Origin: Leucoraja ocellata
Lineage: Eukaryota
Direction of reading: 5' to 3'
Length of the DNA: 64,000 nucleotides
Assembly (NCBI GenBank): GCA_036785375.1
Contig: JAWMAR010000622.1
Coordinates: 868,001-932,000 of the forward strand
Below the pieces are notes generated by a model. It did not search any database. It saw only the letters and a program-made list of their open reading frames with translations, and was not told the DNA's origin. Position 1 is the stretch's first letter, and every line of letters begins with the position of its first letter. Both the position numbers and the translations under genes were made by a program. This document shows, one piece after another, positions 12,591-25,616 of this stretch.

Positions 12591-12759
12591 CTTGAAGGAT
12601 AAGGGGACGGAGTGGGATAGTGGGAGAAATGGGCGCACAAACTTGTAAGGGAGAGGGAAGAGAGAGGGAGTGGGGAGTGGAGGGGGTGGGGGGAGATGGG
12701 TTACAGATTATAGATTATTACCTGGAATTGTACGCAGAAAAATATTCAAATATACTGAC

Positions 12760-12869
12760 CTGTACTGAGCTTGTCCTCTTGTAATACATGTAGCAAAATA
12801 TAGCTGAGATGAAGATGATTGTGGCGGCTGTAATAAGTACACGGCTTGAGACTCTTAATGGCTTAGAAC
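12760..12869 (-). CDS. CD2/SLAM-like copy 2: transmembrane exon
   Basis: 110 nt, matches the copy 1 TM exon, canonical splice sites. Confidence 0.85.
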
Positions 12870-13136
12870 CTGAAGAGAGATCAATATTTCAGTTGCCAGT
12901 CTAATGACGTGTTCGTGCATGGGAACAGATTCAGGGACTTCAGGTCAGGTCAGTTTAGTTTAGTTTAGTTTAGTTTATTGTCACGTGTACCGGGCTACAG
13001 TGAAAAGCTTTTTTGTCGCGTGCTATCGAGTCAGCAGAAAGACAATACATGATTACAATCAATGCGTTTATAGCATAGATTCATGATAAAGGAATAACGT
13101 TTAATGCAAGGTAAATTCCGGTCATGGATAGCCTTA

Positions 13137-13351
13137 TGCCCCTGTCCCACTTAGGAATCCTGAACGGAAACCTCTGGAGACTTTGCGCCCCACCTAAGGT
13201 TTCCGCGAGGTTCCCGGATGTTTTTGTCAGTCTCCCTACCTGCTTCCACTACCTGCAACCTCTGGCAACCACCTGCAACCTCCAGAAACCTTTGCTGGGG
13301 AGCAAAGTCTCCAAAGGTTTCCGTTCAGGCTTCCTAAGTGGGACAGGGGCA
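13137..13351. mobile_element. PIF/Harbinger-type MITE in the C2-TM intron (paralogs ~5645-5861, ~21997-22211, 30991-31204; one-armed copies ~365-479, ~19262-19377, ~28243-28405, ~35862-36024)
   Basis: About 60-bp TIRs tgcccctgtcccacttagg...cctaagtgggacaggggca; 3-bp TTA target duplication. Confidence 0.85.
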
Positions 13352-13497
13352 TTACTCCAGCATGGTGTGCCCGTTTAAATACATCGATTACCTGGTTTCT
13401 TTCATCGGAAGGATTTGGGGATTTGTATAGGAACGAAAAAAATAGCCCCTATTTTATTTGAGAAATGTGTTTAGTGTGAAAATATGAAGCCACAAAC

Positions 13498-13788
13498 CTT
13501 CATGAGCAGGACAGAGCTGTGTTAGATCCACGCTCCGCGTCTCCTCACTAACAGGGTTCCTCACGGTGCAGTTGTACACGCTGTTGTTGTTGGGTAGAGG
13601 TATGGAGAGTGCCAGCCTTCTCCCTTCGTCAGTCAGTATGTGCGACCCATCTGCCGTGACCTTGTCATCTCCAGACCACCAAGTGTAGACTGGCTCGGTG
13701 CCGTGCTCCAGTGAACACACCAAGCTAACGTTACACACCCCTTCGGTGAAGGCTTCACTGATATTTATTATAGGTAATGACACGCGTT
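13498..13788 (-). CDS. CD2/SLAM-like copy 2: Ig C2-domain exon
   Basis: 291 nt, phase 1-1, intact; ...CNVSLVCSLEHGTEPVYTWW...PNNNSVYNCTVRNPVSEE... Confidence 0.92.
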
Positions 13789-14289
13789 CTGTTTCAAAGA
13801 AAAGCAGATTTTTTTAAAAGCACAGTATTTAATAAAAACATCGGTAGACTTGCTGCCTTGCAGCGACAGAGACTCTGATACGACCTTGACTACGGGTGCT
13901 GTCTGTACGGATTTTATGCCTTCTCCCAGTGACCGCGTAGGGTTTCTCCGGGTGCACCGGTTTTCTCCCACTCTCCAAAATCGTACAGGTTTGTAGGTTA
14001 TTTAGCTTGGTATAATAGTAAAGTGTCCCTATTGTGTGTAGGGTAGTGTCAGTGCGCGGGGATCGCTGGTCCGTGAGGACTCGGTGGGCCCAAGGGCCTG
14101 TTTCCCGGCTGTATCTCTAAACTAAACTAAGTTGCGGCTTCTCAGCGCCAGAGACACGGGTTCTGTCCTGACCACGGCTACGGTCTGAACGGATTTTATT
14201 CGTTCTTCCCGTGACCGCGTGGGTTTGCCCACAATCCAAAGTTTGTTAGATTCGAGAATATACAGTTTATTTTTTTTTTAAAAGATTAC

Positions 14290-14619
14290 CATAAATCCTC
14301 AGTTCTGTCACATGTTCGTGGAGCCCCTGATTCGTCCTTAAATTCATTTCATATAAACCTTGATCGTGTTCTGTTAGGTTCTGTATTTCCAGACTACAGT
14401 CCTTCAGGTTTAACCTGATTCCCTGTTTGTCATATTGTATTGGACTGTTTTGAGATTTCATACATAATTGAACCTTTCCTGTTGTTGGTGAACTGCGGTA
14501 ATCCCAAGCAAGGATTGTAATGTTTTCTCCTGAGATACATCCTGGTAACGTGACTGACTGCCCCAGTGTCCCATTCACCAAGCGACGAGTGCCTGGTTTC
14601 CCAGCAGTCTGTCCCAGAC
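14290..14619 (-). CDS. CD2/SLAM-like copy 2: Ig V-domain exon (intact)
   Basis: 330 nt, phase 1-1, ttgtgtttcag|...|gtaatc. VNGTLGQSVTLP...LAWDY...SLEIQNLTEHDQGLYEM. The F-strand Cys is absent (YEM), as in CD2-family N-terminal V domains. Confidence 0.92.
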
Positions 14620-14759
14620 CTGAAACACAAGGACAAGATATTAGTGCCATCAGCTCTGGGGTGTTGGTGTTCATAGTTTCCCAGCCCAGCAGTGAGTTGT
14701 CCCAACCCCAATGGACAAGGGCAGCAGGCACATGAGGTCCAATTACGTCGACCATCGAT

Positions 14760-15035
14760 CCAACTAGGTTTGTTGATCCTGTTACCATCCGCAGCTTTCG
14801 CCCTGATGCCCCAGCACACGGCAGCGAAAAAGATGGCGCTGGCTACCACCGGTTGGTAGAACATCTGCAGCATCTGACTGTAGACGTTGAAGGAGCAGAG
14901 CATTCTCAAACAGTACAGGCAGCCCCGTCCCTTCTTGTACATTGAGACTGCTCTGCCCCTCCTTCTTGTACATTGCCTCAGCGTTCCTGACCAGTCCAGT
15001 TACTGTCCAGGTACACTCCCAGGTATTGTACCCCT
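14760..15035 (-). mobile_element. Rex1/Babar-type LINE RT fragment in the leader-V intron (paralogs ~23745-24010, ~32615-32879)
   Basis: YKYLGVYLDSKLDWS...LY.LR.L.SFNV...MLQMFYQ.VVASAIFFAAVCWG. Confidence 0.75.
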
Positions 15036-15763
15036 NNNNNNNNNNNNNNNNNNNNNNNNNNNNNNNNNNNNNNNNNNNNNNNNNNNNNNNNNNNNNNNNN
15101 NNNNNNNNNNNNNNNNNNNNNNNNNNNNNNNNNNNNNNNNNNNNNNNNNNNNNNNNNNNNNNNNNNNNNNNNNNNNNNNNNNNNNNNNNNNNNNNNNNNN
15201 NNNNNNNNNNNNNNNNNNNNNNNNNNNNNNNNNNNNNNNNNNNNNNNNNNNNNNNNNNNNNNNNNNNNNNNNNACAGACAGACGGACAGAGAGAGTTTGG
15301 AATCAGGCTACTCAGCCCACCAAGCCCAACAATCATCGATCACCTGATTATACAAGTTCTATATTATTCCATATTCGCATCCACTCCATACGCACTGCGG
15401 GCAATTAACCTACAACCCTACACGTCTTGGGGCTATGGGGGGGGGGGGGGGGGGGGGGGGGACTAGGGCACCACGTGGTTTGTTTTACACCGAGAGTAAT
15501 GGATGTCTGGAAAGCGCTGCTAGAAATGACGGTGGAGGGCAGATACGATAGTGGGGTTCAAGTGCCTTTTAGAAAAACACATGGATATACAAGGAATACA
15601 TAGATATGGATTGTGTGCGGGCAGATGAGTTTACATTAACTTGGCATCATGTTCGGCATGGACGTTATGGGCTGAATGGCCTGTTCATGTGCTGTACTGT
15701 TCTATGTAGCCACCTTCTTCCAACTACCGCCACCCCCACCCCGAGCTCAAGGCATGGACTCAC

Positions 15764-15832
15764 CTCCAGAGTCGCTCAACAGCAGCCAAGTATCCCGATG
15801 AGGGAGTGAATCCCAAGGACTCTCCTGTCCAT
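15764..15832 (-). CDS. CD2/SLAM-like copy 2: leader exon with 1-nt deletion
   Basis: gacATGG...ggag|gtgagt; 69 nt versus 70 nt in copy 3 (gccaagtat versus gccaaagtat), giving a frameshift. Probably a homopolymer error. Confidence 0.75.
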
Positions 15833-17509
15833 GTCTTCCCTGAAGAGCAGGTTGTTTTGAGATACAAGAGACTGCAGATACTGGAATCTGTAGCAAGAAA
15901 TACATAACTTGTTGGAGGATCTCAGCAGTTTCGAGCAGCGTTTGTGGAGGCAAAGACATGCTGGACAAGATCCGCATCAGAACTCAGAGGGCAGAGGAAA
16001 GATAATTAATGTTCATAAGTCATAGGAGCAGAATTAGGCCATTCAGCCCATCGAGTCTACTCCCCCATTCACTTGGCTGATGTATCTTTCCCTCTCAAGC
16101 CCGGTCTCCTGCCTTCTCCCCATAACCCCTGAGACCCGCACTCTGATCCTAGACTCTCCCACTCGTGAAAACATCTCCTCCACATCCACACAATCAAGGT
16201 ATTTCACTATCCATTAAGTTTCAGTGAAATACCCCTCATCCTTCTAAACTGCAGCGAGTACAGGCCCAATGCCATCAAACGCTATCATATGTCGACCCAC
16301 TCATCCCCGGGATCATTCTATTAAAATATCTTTTAAATGCTGTTATTTCTGAACTAAAATGTATGATTCATTTTCATGGAATCCAACCATTCATTTCAAC
16401 CAACCAACGAACAATTCATGTTTCTTGCTCCCTCAGTATCATCTCAAGAGTCAAGAGCCAAGTGCGTTTTACCGTCATATGCCCCAGATGGGACAATGAA
16501 ATTCTTACTTGCAGCAGCATTAGGCATGTAAATATAGTANNNNNNNNNNNNNNNNNNNNNNNNNNNNNNNNNNNNNNNNNNNNNNNNNNNNNNNNNNNNN
16601 NNNNNNNNNNNNNNNNNNNNNNNNNNNNNNNNNNNNNNNNNNNNNNNNNNNNNNNNNNNNNNNNNNNNNNNNNNNNNNNNNNNNNNNNNNNNNNNNNNNN
16701 NNTGCATTGTTATTGTTAGTTTTTATGTACATNNNNNNNNNNNNNNNNNNNNNNNNNNNNNNNNNNNNNNNNNNNNNNNNNNNNNNNNNNNNNNNNNNNN
16801 NNNNNNNNNNNNNNNNNNNNNNNNNNNNNNNNNNNNNNNNNNNNNNNNNNNNNNNNNNNNNNNNNNNNNNNNNNNNNNNNNNNNNNNNNNNNNGAAGGAA
16901 CTGCAGATGCTGGTTTAAACCGAATATAGACACAAAATGCTATATTCAGCGGGAGTCTGCAGAAGGGGCTCGACCCGTAACGTCACCCATTCCTTATATC
17001 CAGAGATGCTGCCTGTTCCGCTCAGTTACTCCAGCATTATGTGTCTATCTTATTTTTATAATTAGAAATATATTCGCGCACATACGCACTTAATAGGCTT
17101 ATATGTACATAGAAACAAACATTAATAATACAATAATAACAATAATAGTTTAGTTTAGTTTGGAGATACAGCGCGGAAACAGGCCCTTCGGCCCACCGAG
17201 TCCGCGCCGACCAGTGATCCCCACACACTAACACTATCCTACACACACGATGGGCAATTTACAATTTTACCGAAGCGAATTACCTACAAATCTGTATGTC
17301 TTTGGAATGTGGGATGGAACCGGGGCGCGCGGGGAAAGCCCACGCAGGGCACGGGGGGAGAACTTACAAACTCCGTAAAGACAGCACCCGTAGTCAGAAT
17401 CGAACCCGGGTCTCTAGCGTTCCATGTCTATGTAGTTCAGAGCTTATTTGGAGTTGTTGAAGTGTTTCATAGGCTGATGGGAATCTGGGAATGGAGCCGA
17501 TCAAGTTAA

Positions 17510-17650
17510 TAGTCCAATGACGTGGCGGCGTAAGTTCAATGCTCGCCACAGTGGCTGTAGATTTAAACTCAAATTCAGAACTTGGAGGATCAGCAAGTGG
17601 TTTTAATAATAGCCATAACCACAACCGTCGCAGTAGAGACAGGAACTGGG
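17510..17650. promoter_or_regulatory. Candidate upstream regulatory module of the CD2/SLAM-like genes
   Basis: Non-transposon island about 1.7 kb upstream of the leader: CCAAT/TGACGT (17514-17523), RUNX AACCACA (17617-17623), ETS-like CAGGAAC (17640-17646); repeated at ~26410-26545 and ~34050-34190. Confidence 0.3.
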
Positions 17651-20600
17651 TCAACGTATTTGTTTGGTTTAATTTACAGAAAATAAGTAATTCGACCCAA
17701 CGTAACCACGTCTATCATCGATCACCCGTTCACGCTAGTCCATAAATCCATACATTCTACAAGCAGAATTATGCCATTAGGCCCATCAAGCCTACCTCGC
17801 CATGATAAATATTTCCCTCTCAACAGCATTTTCCTGCCTTCGTCCCATAACCAAGAATCAACGAATCTCCGCCTTAAAACGGCCTCCACACCCATCTCAG
17901 ACTAAATAAATCTCTTCTCATCTCCTTTCTAAAACGAACGAACTTGTATTCTGAGGCTGTGACCTCTGGTCCTAGACTCTTCCACCAGTGGGAACATCCT
18001 TTCCACCATCCACTCTATCCAGGCCTTTCACTGTTCTGTAAGTCTCAATGAGGTTCACCCCTCCCTCATCTTTCCAAACTCGAGCAAGTACAGGCCCAGT
18101 CCCTTCAAATGCTAGTTCTGTGTTATCCGACTTCCACCCCACCCCCTACACAGTAGGGACAATTACTGGGGGGCAATTAACCTACAATTGTGTAACCGGA
18201 GCACCCGGAGGAAACCTGCCCACTAACTTGCAAACTCCACAGAGACAGTACCCGAGGTCAGAATCGAACTCCGTTATCTGATGCCCTGAGGTAGCGGCTC
18301 TACCACTGCACCACCCTTAAATTTAAATAACTTTGTTCTAGCGATCAGAAAAGCTTGTTTAATATATAAGATGCAAAAATCAATCATGTTTTTTTGTATG
18401 TCAGCAATCTGAAACTTAAAACGAGACTGTTACATGTTTTAGACGTTCAATATTACAAAAGAATCATGGTTTAACAAATGCAACGTGTTAATTAAATTAG
18501 CTGGCTAGACCATTAAAAAGTTTAAGTTTTCTAGGATCTGCCGTGTAAAAAGCCCAATATATTTATAAAAAGAAAAAATAATATATACAAAATATTCTTT
18601 ATAAGAAATATATATGTATATCTACGTTCAATAGCGGCTTAACCAGTGGTGTTAGTACATGTCACGATATTCGCCCAACATCAATGTGCGTCGAACAGAA
18701 CAAGCCACTAATATATAAACTGCCCTGTTTAGTTTAGGTCAGATATACAGCGCGGAAACAGGCATTTCGGCCCAACCGACCAGTGATCCCCGCATATTGA
18801 CACTATCCTTCCTATACATACTAGGGGCAATTTCCACATACAAACCTGTGTGTGGGAGGTACTGAATAACTCGGAGCTAACTCACGGGAAAATGTACAAG
18901 CTCCATACAGACAGCACCCGTGTTCAGGGATCAACCCCTGGTCTCTGGCGCTGTGAGGCAGCAACTCTACCGCTGCGCCACCGTGCCGTCCTCAGAACTC
19001 AGCGTGATCAAGCAGCATCTGTGAAGGTGAACGGCCACGTTTCGGGACTGCGTTGAGGAATTCATGGAGTGGGGGGGGGGGGTGGGTGATAAAGCAGCGG
19101 GAAGGAGATTGGTTGAATCAAGCGGGGGCAGGCTTCAGACTGTAGGGACCGGAAGATGGACACACAATGCTGGAGTAGGAGCGGCGGTATCTCTGGAGAG
19201 AAGGAAGGGGCGACGTTTGGGATCGAGACCCCCTTTTTCATCGCGGATATAGCCCCCCCCCACTGGAAGCAGGTAGTGAGACTGACAAAAAAATTCCGGG
19301 AACAGCACGGAAACCTTGGGTGGGGCGCAAAGTCTCCAGAGGGTTCCGTTCAGGTTTCCTAAGTGGGACAGGGGCATAAAACGCGGACGTCTTTGGAATG
19401 TTGGAGTGCGAGAAACCGGAGTACCCAGAGAAAACCCACGCAATCACAGGGAAAACGGGTAAACTCCACATAGACAGCAGCCAAGGTCAGGATCGAACCC
19501 AGGTCTCTGCTGCTGTGTAACGCTCCCCACTCACCTGTGTCTCACTATTATCTGCCATGCTTTGTTGTGCCTCTCCCCCTTTTACATCCCTCTTCTCCCA
19601 CCACCTCCACCAAATCAGTTTGAAGATGTGTCTCGGCCAGTATAGTACAGTTTGGTTTACAGATTTGTTTATTGTCACCTGCACCGAGGTACAGTGATAA
19701 GCTGTTGTTGCGTGCTAACCAGTCAGCGGAAAGACAATACATGATTACAATCGAGTGACAAGGAAATAACATTCTGCGCCAGGTAAAACCAGCAGAGTCC
19801 GATCAAGGATTGACCGAGGGTCACCGATGAGGAAGATAGTAGTTCTGCACTGCTCTCTGGTTGTGGTAGAGTGATTCAGTTGCCTGATAACAGCTGGGAA
19901 GAACTGTCCTGAATCTGGAGGTGTGCGTTTTCACACGTCTGTACCTTTTTCCTAGTTGGTGAGGGGTGGAGAGAGAGTGGACAGGGTGTAACTCGTCTTT
20001 GATTGTGTTGCTGGCCTTGCCGAGGCAGCGTGAGGTGTAGATGGAATCAATGGAAGGGAGGTTGGTTTGTGCGATGGGCTGGGCTGCGTCCACAATTCGC
20101 AGCAATTTCTTGCGGTCTTGGATGGAGCTGTGACTCGAGGCTGTGTCGCCTTCCGTGCTCTCCAGAGATGCTGCCAGACCCGCTGTGTTTACTCCAGCAC
20201 TTTGTGTCCTTTTCTGATTAGCCTTATCAGTCACAGCCACGACATTTCCCTTTAGAGAATTACAGACAGAAAAAAGGAAGAATAGTGTTGTCACAGGATG
20301 TTACTGGGGGTTGTCAACTTAATACGATGTGGTTGGTACCTTTCAGCACTGACTGCCCTCTCTGCTGCATCTTGTTCCAGTCCCACCTGTTTATCTGATC
20401 ACTCACACATATTTTTGTTCACGCTACGTGTGGTCTGGGACCGCAGTGGGCGATCGAATACGACAGCATCTGCAGCCAGGGTCCAACCACACGAGTTAAA
20501 CTATCTGCAGCTCGCCTCGCTATTGGGACACGTTTCTTTGGTGTCGTTTACATAGAAACATAGAAACATAGAAAATGGGTGCAGGAGTAGGCCATTCTGC

Positions 20601-21345
20601 CGTTCGAGCCTGCACCGCCATTCAATATGATCATGGCTGATCATCCAACTCGGTATCCTGTACCTACCTTCTCTCCATACCCCCTGATCCCTTTAGCCAC
20701 AAGGGCCACATCTAACCCCCTCTTAAATATAGCCAATGAACTGGCCTCAACTACCTTCTGTGGCAGAGAATTCCAAAGATTCACCACTCTCTGTGTGAAA
20801 AATATTTTACTCATCTCGGTCCTAAAAGACTTCCCCCTCCTTAAACTGTGTGTGGCCGCTTGTGCTGGACGTCCCCAACATCTGGAACAAACTTCCTGCA
20901 TCTAGCCTGCCCAACCGCTTAAGAATCTTAGAGTTTAAAATCACTTTAATGACCCCTCCCAGTCTAGCCCTGCCTGCCTATTGTTTCAAACAGCCCTATA
21001 ATCCCCACAGAAACCGTCATCTTTGCCTCCCATAAGGTCAAAGGTGTTAGGAGTAGAATTAGGCGATTTGGCCCATCAAGTCTACTCCGGCATTGAATCG
21101 TGGCTGATCTATACTCCCTCTTTACCTAATTATCTTACCTGCTCCCCATAACCATTGACATCCGTAATAGTCAAGAATCTATCTCCCTCTGCCATAATAA
21201 TATCAATTGACGTCCTCCACAGCCATCTATAGCAATGAATTCCACAGACTCATCACCCTCTGACAAAATATATTCCCCCTCATCTCCTTCCTAAAAGATC
21301 GTCCTTTAATTCTGAGGCTATGATCTCTAGTCCTAGACACCCCCA

Positions 21346-21444
21346 CTAGTGGAAACATCCTCTCCACATCCGCTCTATCCAAGCCTCTCGCATATCCACA
21401 GTTTCACCAATGAATTCTTGGTGCATTCCATCCACGATCAAACC
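21346..21444 (-). CDS. CD2/SLAM-like copy 3 (type A): putative cytoplasmic terminal exon
   Basis: GLIVDGMHQEFIGETVDMREAWIERMWRGCFH*. Confidence 0.5.
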   Translation of the reverse strand, partial: GLIVDGMHQEFIGETVDMREAWIERMWRGCFH

Positions 21445-21631
21445 CTTGAAGGATAAGGGGACCGAGTGGGATAGTGGGAGAAATGGGCGCACAAACTTGT
21501 AAGGGAGAGGGAAGAGGAGAGGGAGGGGGTGGGAGTGGAGGGGGTGGGGGGGGGGGGGGTGGGGGGGATGGGTTACAGATTATAGATTATTACCTGGAAT
21601 TGTACGCAGAAAAATATTCAAATATACTGAC

Positions 21632-21741
21632 CTGTACTGAGCTTGTCCTCTTGTAATACATGTAGCAAAATATAGCTGAGATGAAGATGATTGTGGCGGC
21701 TGTAATAAGTACACGGCTTGAGACTCTTAATGGCTTAGAAC
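21632..21741 (-). CDS. CD2/SLAM-like copy 3: transmembrane exon
   Basis: 110 nt, same sequence and splice sites as copies 1 and 2. Confidence 0.85.
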
Positions 21742-22357
21742 CTGAAGAGAGATCAATATTTCAGTTGCCAATCTATTGACGTGTTGGTGCATGGGAACAG
21801 AATCAGGGAGTTCAGGTCAGGTCAGTTTAGTTTAGTTTATTGTCACGTGTACCGAGCTACAGTGAAAAGCTTTTTGTCGCGTGCTATCGAGTCAGCAGAA
21901 AGACAATACATCATTACAATCAATGCATGTATAGCATAGATTCATGATAAGGGAACAACGTTTAGTGCAAGGTAAATTCCGGTCATGGATAGCCTTGTAA
22001 CCCTGTCCTACTTAGGAAACTGAATGGAAACCTCTGGAGACTTTGCGCCCCACCTAAGGTTTCCGTAAGGTTCCCGGATGTTTTTGTCAGTCTCCCTACC
22101 TGCTTCCACTACCTGCAACCTCTGGCAACCACCTGCAACCTCCAGAAACCTTGGCTGGGGCGCAAAGTCTCCAGAGGTTTCCGTTCAGGCTTCCTAAGTG
22201 GGACAGGGGCATTACTCAGCATGTTGTGCCTGTTTAAATAAATCTATTTCCTGGTTTCTTCCATCGAAAGGATTTGGGGATCTGTATAGGAACGAAATAA
22301 ATAGCCCTATTTTATATTTGAGAAATGTGCTTAGTGTGAACATATGAAGCCACAAAC

Positions 22358-22647
22358 CTTCATGGGCAGGACAGAGCTCTGTTAGATCCACGCTCCGCGT
22401 CTCCTCACTAACAGGGTTCCCACGGTGCAGTTGTACACGCTGTGGGTGATGGGTAGAGGTATGGAGAGTGCCAGCCTTCTCCCTTCATCAGTCAGTATGT
22501 GCGACCCATCTGCCGTGACCTTGCCATCTCCTGACCACCAAGTGTAGACTGGCTCGGTGCCGTGCTCCAGTGAACACACCAAGCTAACGTTACACACCCC
22601 TTCGGTGAAGGCTTCACTGATATTTATTACTGGTAATGACACTCGTT
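22358..22647 (-). CDS. CD2/SLAM-like copy 3: Ig C2 exon with 1-nt deletion
   Basis: 290 nt; gggttcccacgg versus gggttccccacgg in copy 1, frameshifting at NPVS. Confidence 0.85.
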
Positions 22648-23275
22648 CTGTTTCAAAGAAAAGCACAAATACAAGCCATGGAATAATAACAATCAGAAGC
22701 TGCTAGCCATAAGTTTCCCACAAGAACATTAAGAGTAGGACACTGTTTAGTTTAAAGATACAACGCAGATACAAGCGCTTCGGCCCACCGAGTCCTCGCC
22801 CACCAACGATCCCCGCACACTAACACTATCCCACACACACTACGGTCAATTCACAAACTATATACAGACAAGCACCTGTAGTTTTAGTGCAAAATCTTTC
22901 CCGTGAGTTTACAAAAATGTATCGTCCAGTTTACACTTTGCCACCAAACCTAGATCACAAGTAAACTTGTTATTAGCAGAGATAGTTAATGACTGTGGCC
23001 CCTATCATCTTACAGGAATGTCAGATGGCTTGGAGAGATCTCCATTCAAGAACCCATCCTAATGCTCCACCATAATATTCAAACAGCAAATACTGAGGAT
23101 GTTTCCCAAATAGCAAGGACTGTAACCCTTGAATGTTTCAGTAATCACCCTGCCCGTATAACCCACACACTTGGACTCACATCGAAAGCCTTATCTTGAT
23201 TTCCCCTTATATCTTTAAGTTCTTAATGATTGTTAGATTGGAAAATGCACCGTTTATAAAATTGAAATAGATTAC

Positions 23276-23603
23276 CATAAATCTTCAGTTCTGTCACTTG
23301 TACATGGACAGCTAGAGCCATCCTTAAGTTCATTTCATATAAACTTGATCATGTTCTGCTAGGTTCTGTATTTCCAGACTACAGTCCTTCAGGTTTAACC
23401 TGATTCCCTGTTTGTTATATTGTATTGGACTGTTTTGAGATTTCATACATAATTGAACCTTTCCTGTTGTTGGTGAACTGCGGTAATCCCAAGCAGGATT
23501 GAAATGTTTTCTCCTGAGATACATCCTGGTAACGTGACTGACTGTCCCAGTGTCCCATTCACCAAGCGACGAGTGCCTGGTTTCCCAGCAGTCTGTCCCA
23601 GAC
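23276..23603 (-). CDS. CD2/SLAM-like copy 3: Ig V exon with two 1-nt deletions
   Basis: 328 nt versus 330; single bases missing near 23344 and 23494. Confidence 0.85.
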
Positions 23604-24779
23604 CTGAAACACAAGGACAAGATATTAGTGCCATCAGCTCTGGGGTGTTGGTGTTCATAGTTTCCCAGCCCAGCAGTGAGTTGGCCCAAGCCCAATGGAC
23701 AATGGCAGCAGGCACTTGAGGTCCAACTACGTCGACCATCGATCCAACTAGGTTTGTTGATCCTGCTACCATCCGCAGCTTTCGCCCTGATGCCCCAGCA
23801 CACGGCAGCGAAAAACATGGCGCTGGCTACCACCGGTTGGTAGAATATCTGCAGCATCTGACTATAGACGTTGAAGGAAGCTGAGCATTCTCAAACAGTA
23901 CAGGCAGCCCCGTCCCTTCTTGTACATTGTCTCAGCGTTCCTGGACCAGTCTAGTTTACTGTCCAGGTACACTCCCAGGTATTTGTACTCCTTGGAAGAG
24001 GTCGATGGATAAANNNNNNNNNNNNNNNNNNNNNNNNNNNNNNNNNNNNNNNNNNNNNNNNNNNNNNNNNNNNNNNNNNNNNNNNNNNNNNNNNNNNNNN
24101 NNNNNNNNNNNNNNNNNNNNNNNNNNNNNNNNNNNNNNNNNNNNNNNNNNNNNNNNNNNNNNNNNNNNNNNNNNNNNNNNNNNNNNNNNNNNNNNNNNNN
24201 NNNNNNNNNNNNNNNNNNNNNNNNNNNNNNNNNNNNNNNNNNNNNNNNNNNNNNNNNNNNNNNNNNNNNNAGACGGGCAGACAGACAGACGGACAGAGAG
24301 AGTTTGGAATCAGGCTACTCAGCCCACCAAGCCCAACAATCATCGATCACCTGATTATACAAGTTCTACATTATTCCATAATTCGCATCCACTCCATACG
24401 CACTGCGGGCAATTAACCTACAACCCTACACGTCTTGGGCTATGGGGGGGGGGGGGGGGGGTGGGGGGGGGCGGGGACTAGGGCACCACGTGTTTTTTTT
24501 TACACCGAGAATAGTGGTGTCTGGAAAGCGCTGCTAGAAATGACGGTGGACGGCAGATACGATAGTGGGGTTCAAGTGCCTTTTAGAAAAACACATGGAT
24601 ATACAAGGAATACATAGATATGGGATTGTGTGCGGGCAGATGAGTTTACATTAACTTGGCATCATGTTCGGCATGGATGTTATGGGCTGAATGGCCCGTT
24701 CATGTGCTGTACTGTTCTATGTAGCCACCTTCTTCCAACCTACCGCTACTCCCACCCCGAGCTCAAGGCATGGACTCAC

Positions 24780-24849
24780 CTCCAGAGTCGCTCAACAGCA
24801 GCCAAAGTATCCCGATGAGGGGGTGAATCCCAGGGACTCTCCTGTCCAT
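24780..24849 (-). CDS. CD2/SLAM-like copy 3: leader (signal peptide) exon, intact
   Basis: Kozak gacATGG; MDRRVPGIHPLIGILWLLLSDSG(G)|gtgagt; 70 nt, phase 1, joins the V exon in frame. Confidence 0.85.
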
Positions 24850-25528
24850 GTCTTCTCTGAAGAGCAGGTTGTTTTTGAGATACAAGATACTGCAGATACT
24901 GGAATCTGAAGCAAGAAATACATAACTTGTTGGAGGATCTCAGCAGTTCGAGCAGCGTTTGTGGAGGCAAAGACATGCTGGACAAGATCCGCATCAGAAC
25001 TCAGAGGGCAGAGGAAAGATAATTAATGTTCATAGGAGCAGACTTAGGCCATTCAGCCCATCGAGTCTACTCCCCATTCACTTGGCTGATGTATCTTTCC
25101 CTCTCAAGCCGTCTCCTGCCTTCTCCCTATAACCCCTGAGACCCGCACTCTGATCCTAGACTCTCCCACTCGTGAAAACATCCCCTCCACATCCACACAA
25201 TCAAGGTCTTTCACTATCCATTAAGTTTCAGTGAAATACCCCCTCATCCTTCTAAACTACAGCGAGTACAGGCCCAATGCCACCAAACGCTATTAAAATA
25301 TCTTTTAATCCTGTTATTTCTGAACTCAAATGTATGATTCCTTTTCATGGAATCCAACCATCATTTCAACCAACCAACGAACAATTCATGTTTCTTGCTG
25401 CCTCAGGTATCATCTCAAGAGTCAAGAGCCAAGTGCGTTTTACCGTCATATGCCCCAGATGGAACAATGAAATTCTTACTTGCAGCAGCATTAGGCATGC
25501 AATTATAGTACACTGTAAACAATGTAAT

Positions 25529-25530
<2 letters not shown>

Positions 25531-25591
<61 letters not shown>

Positions 25592-25616
25592 TACACACAC
25601 ACACACACACACACAC
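25531..25616. repeat. (CA)n microsatellite
   Basis: Directly visible; the homologous position in copy 2 is the N-run 16540-16702. Confidence 0.95.
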
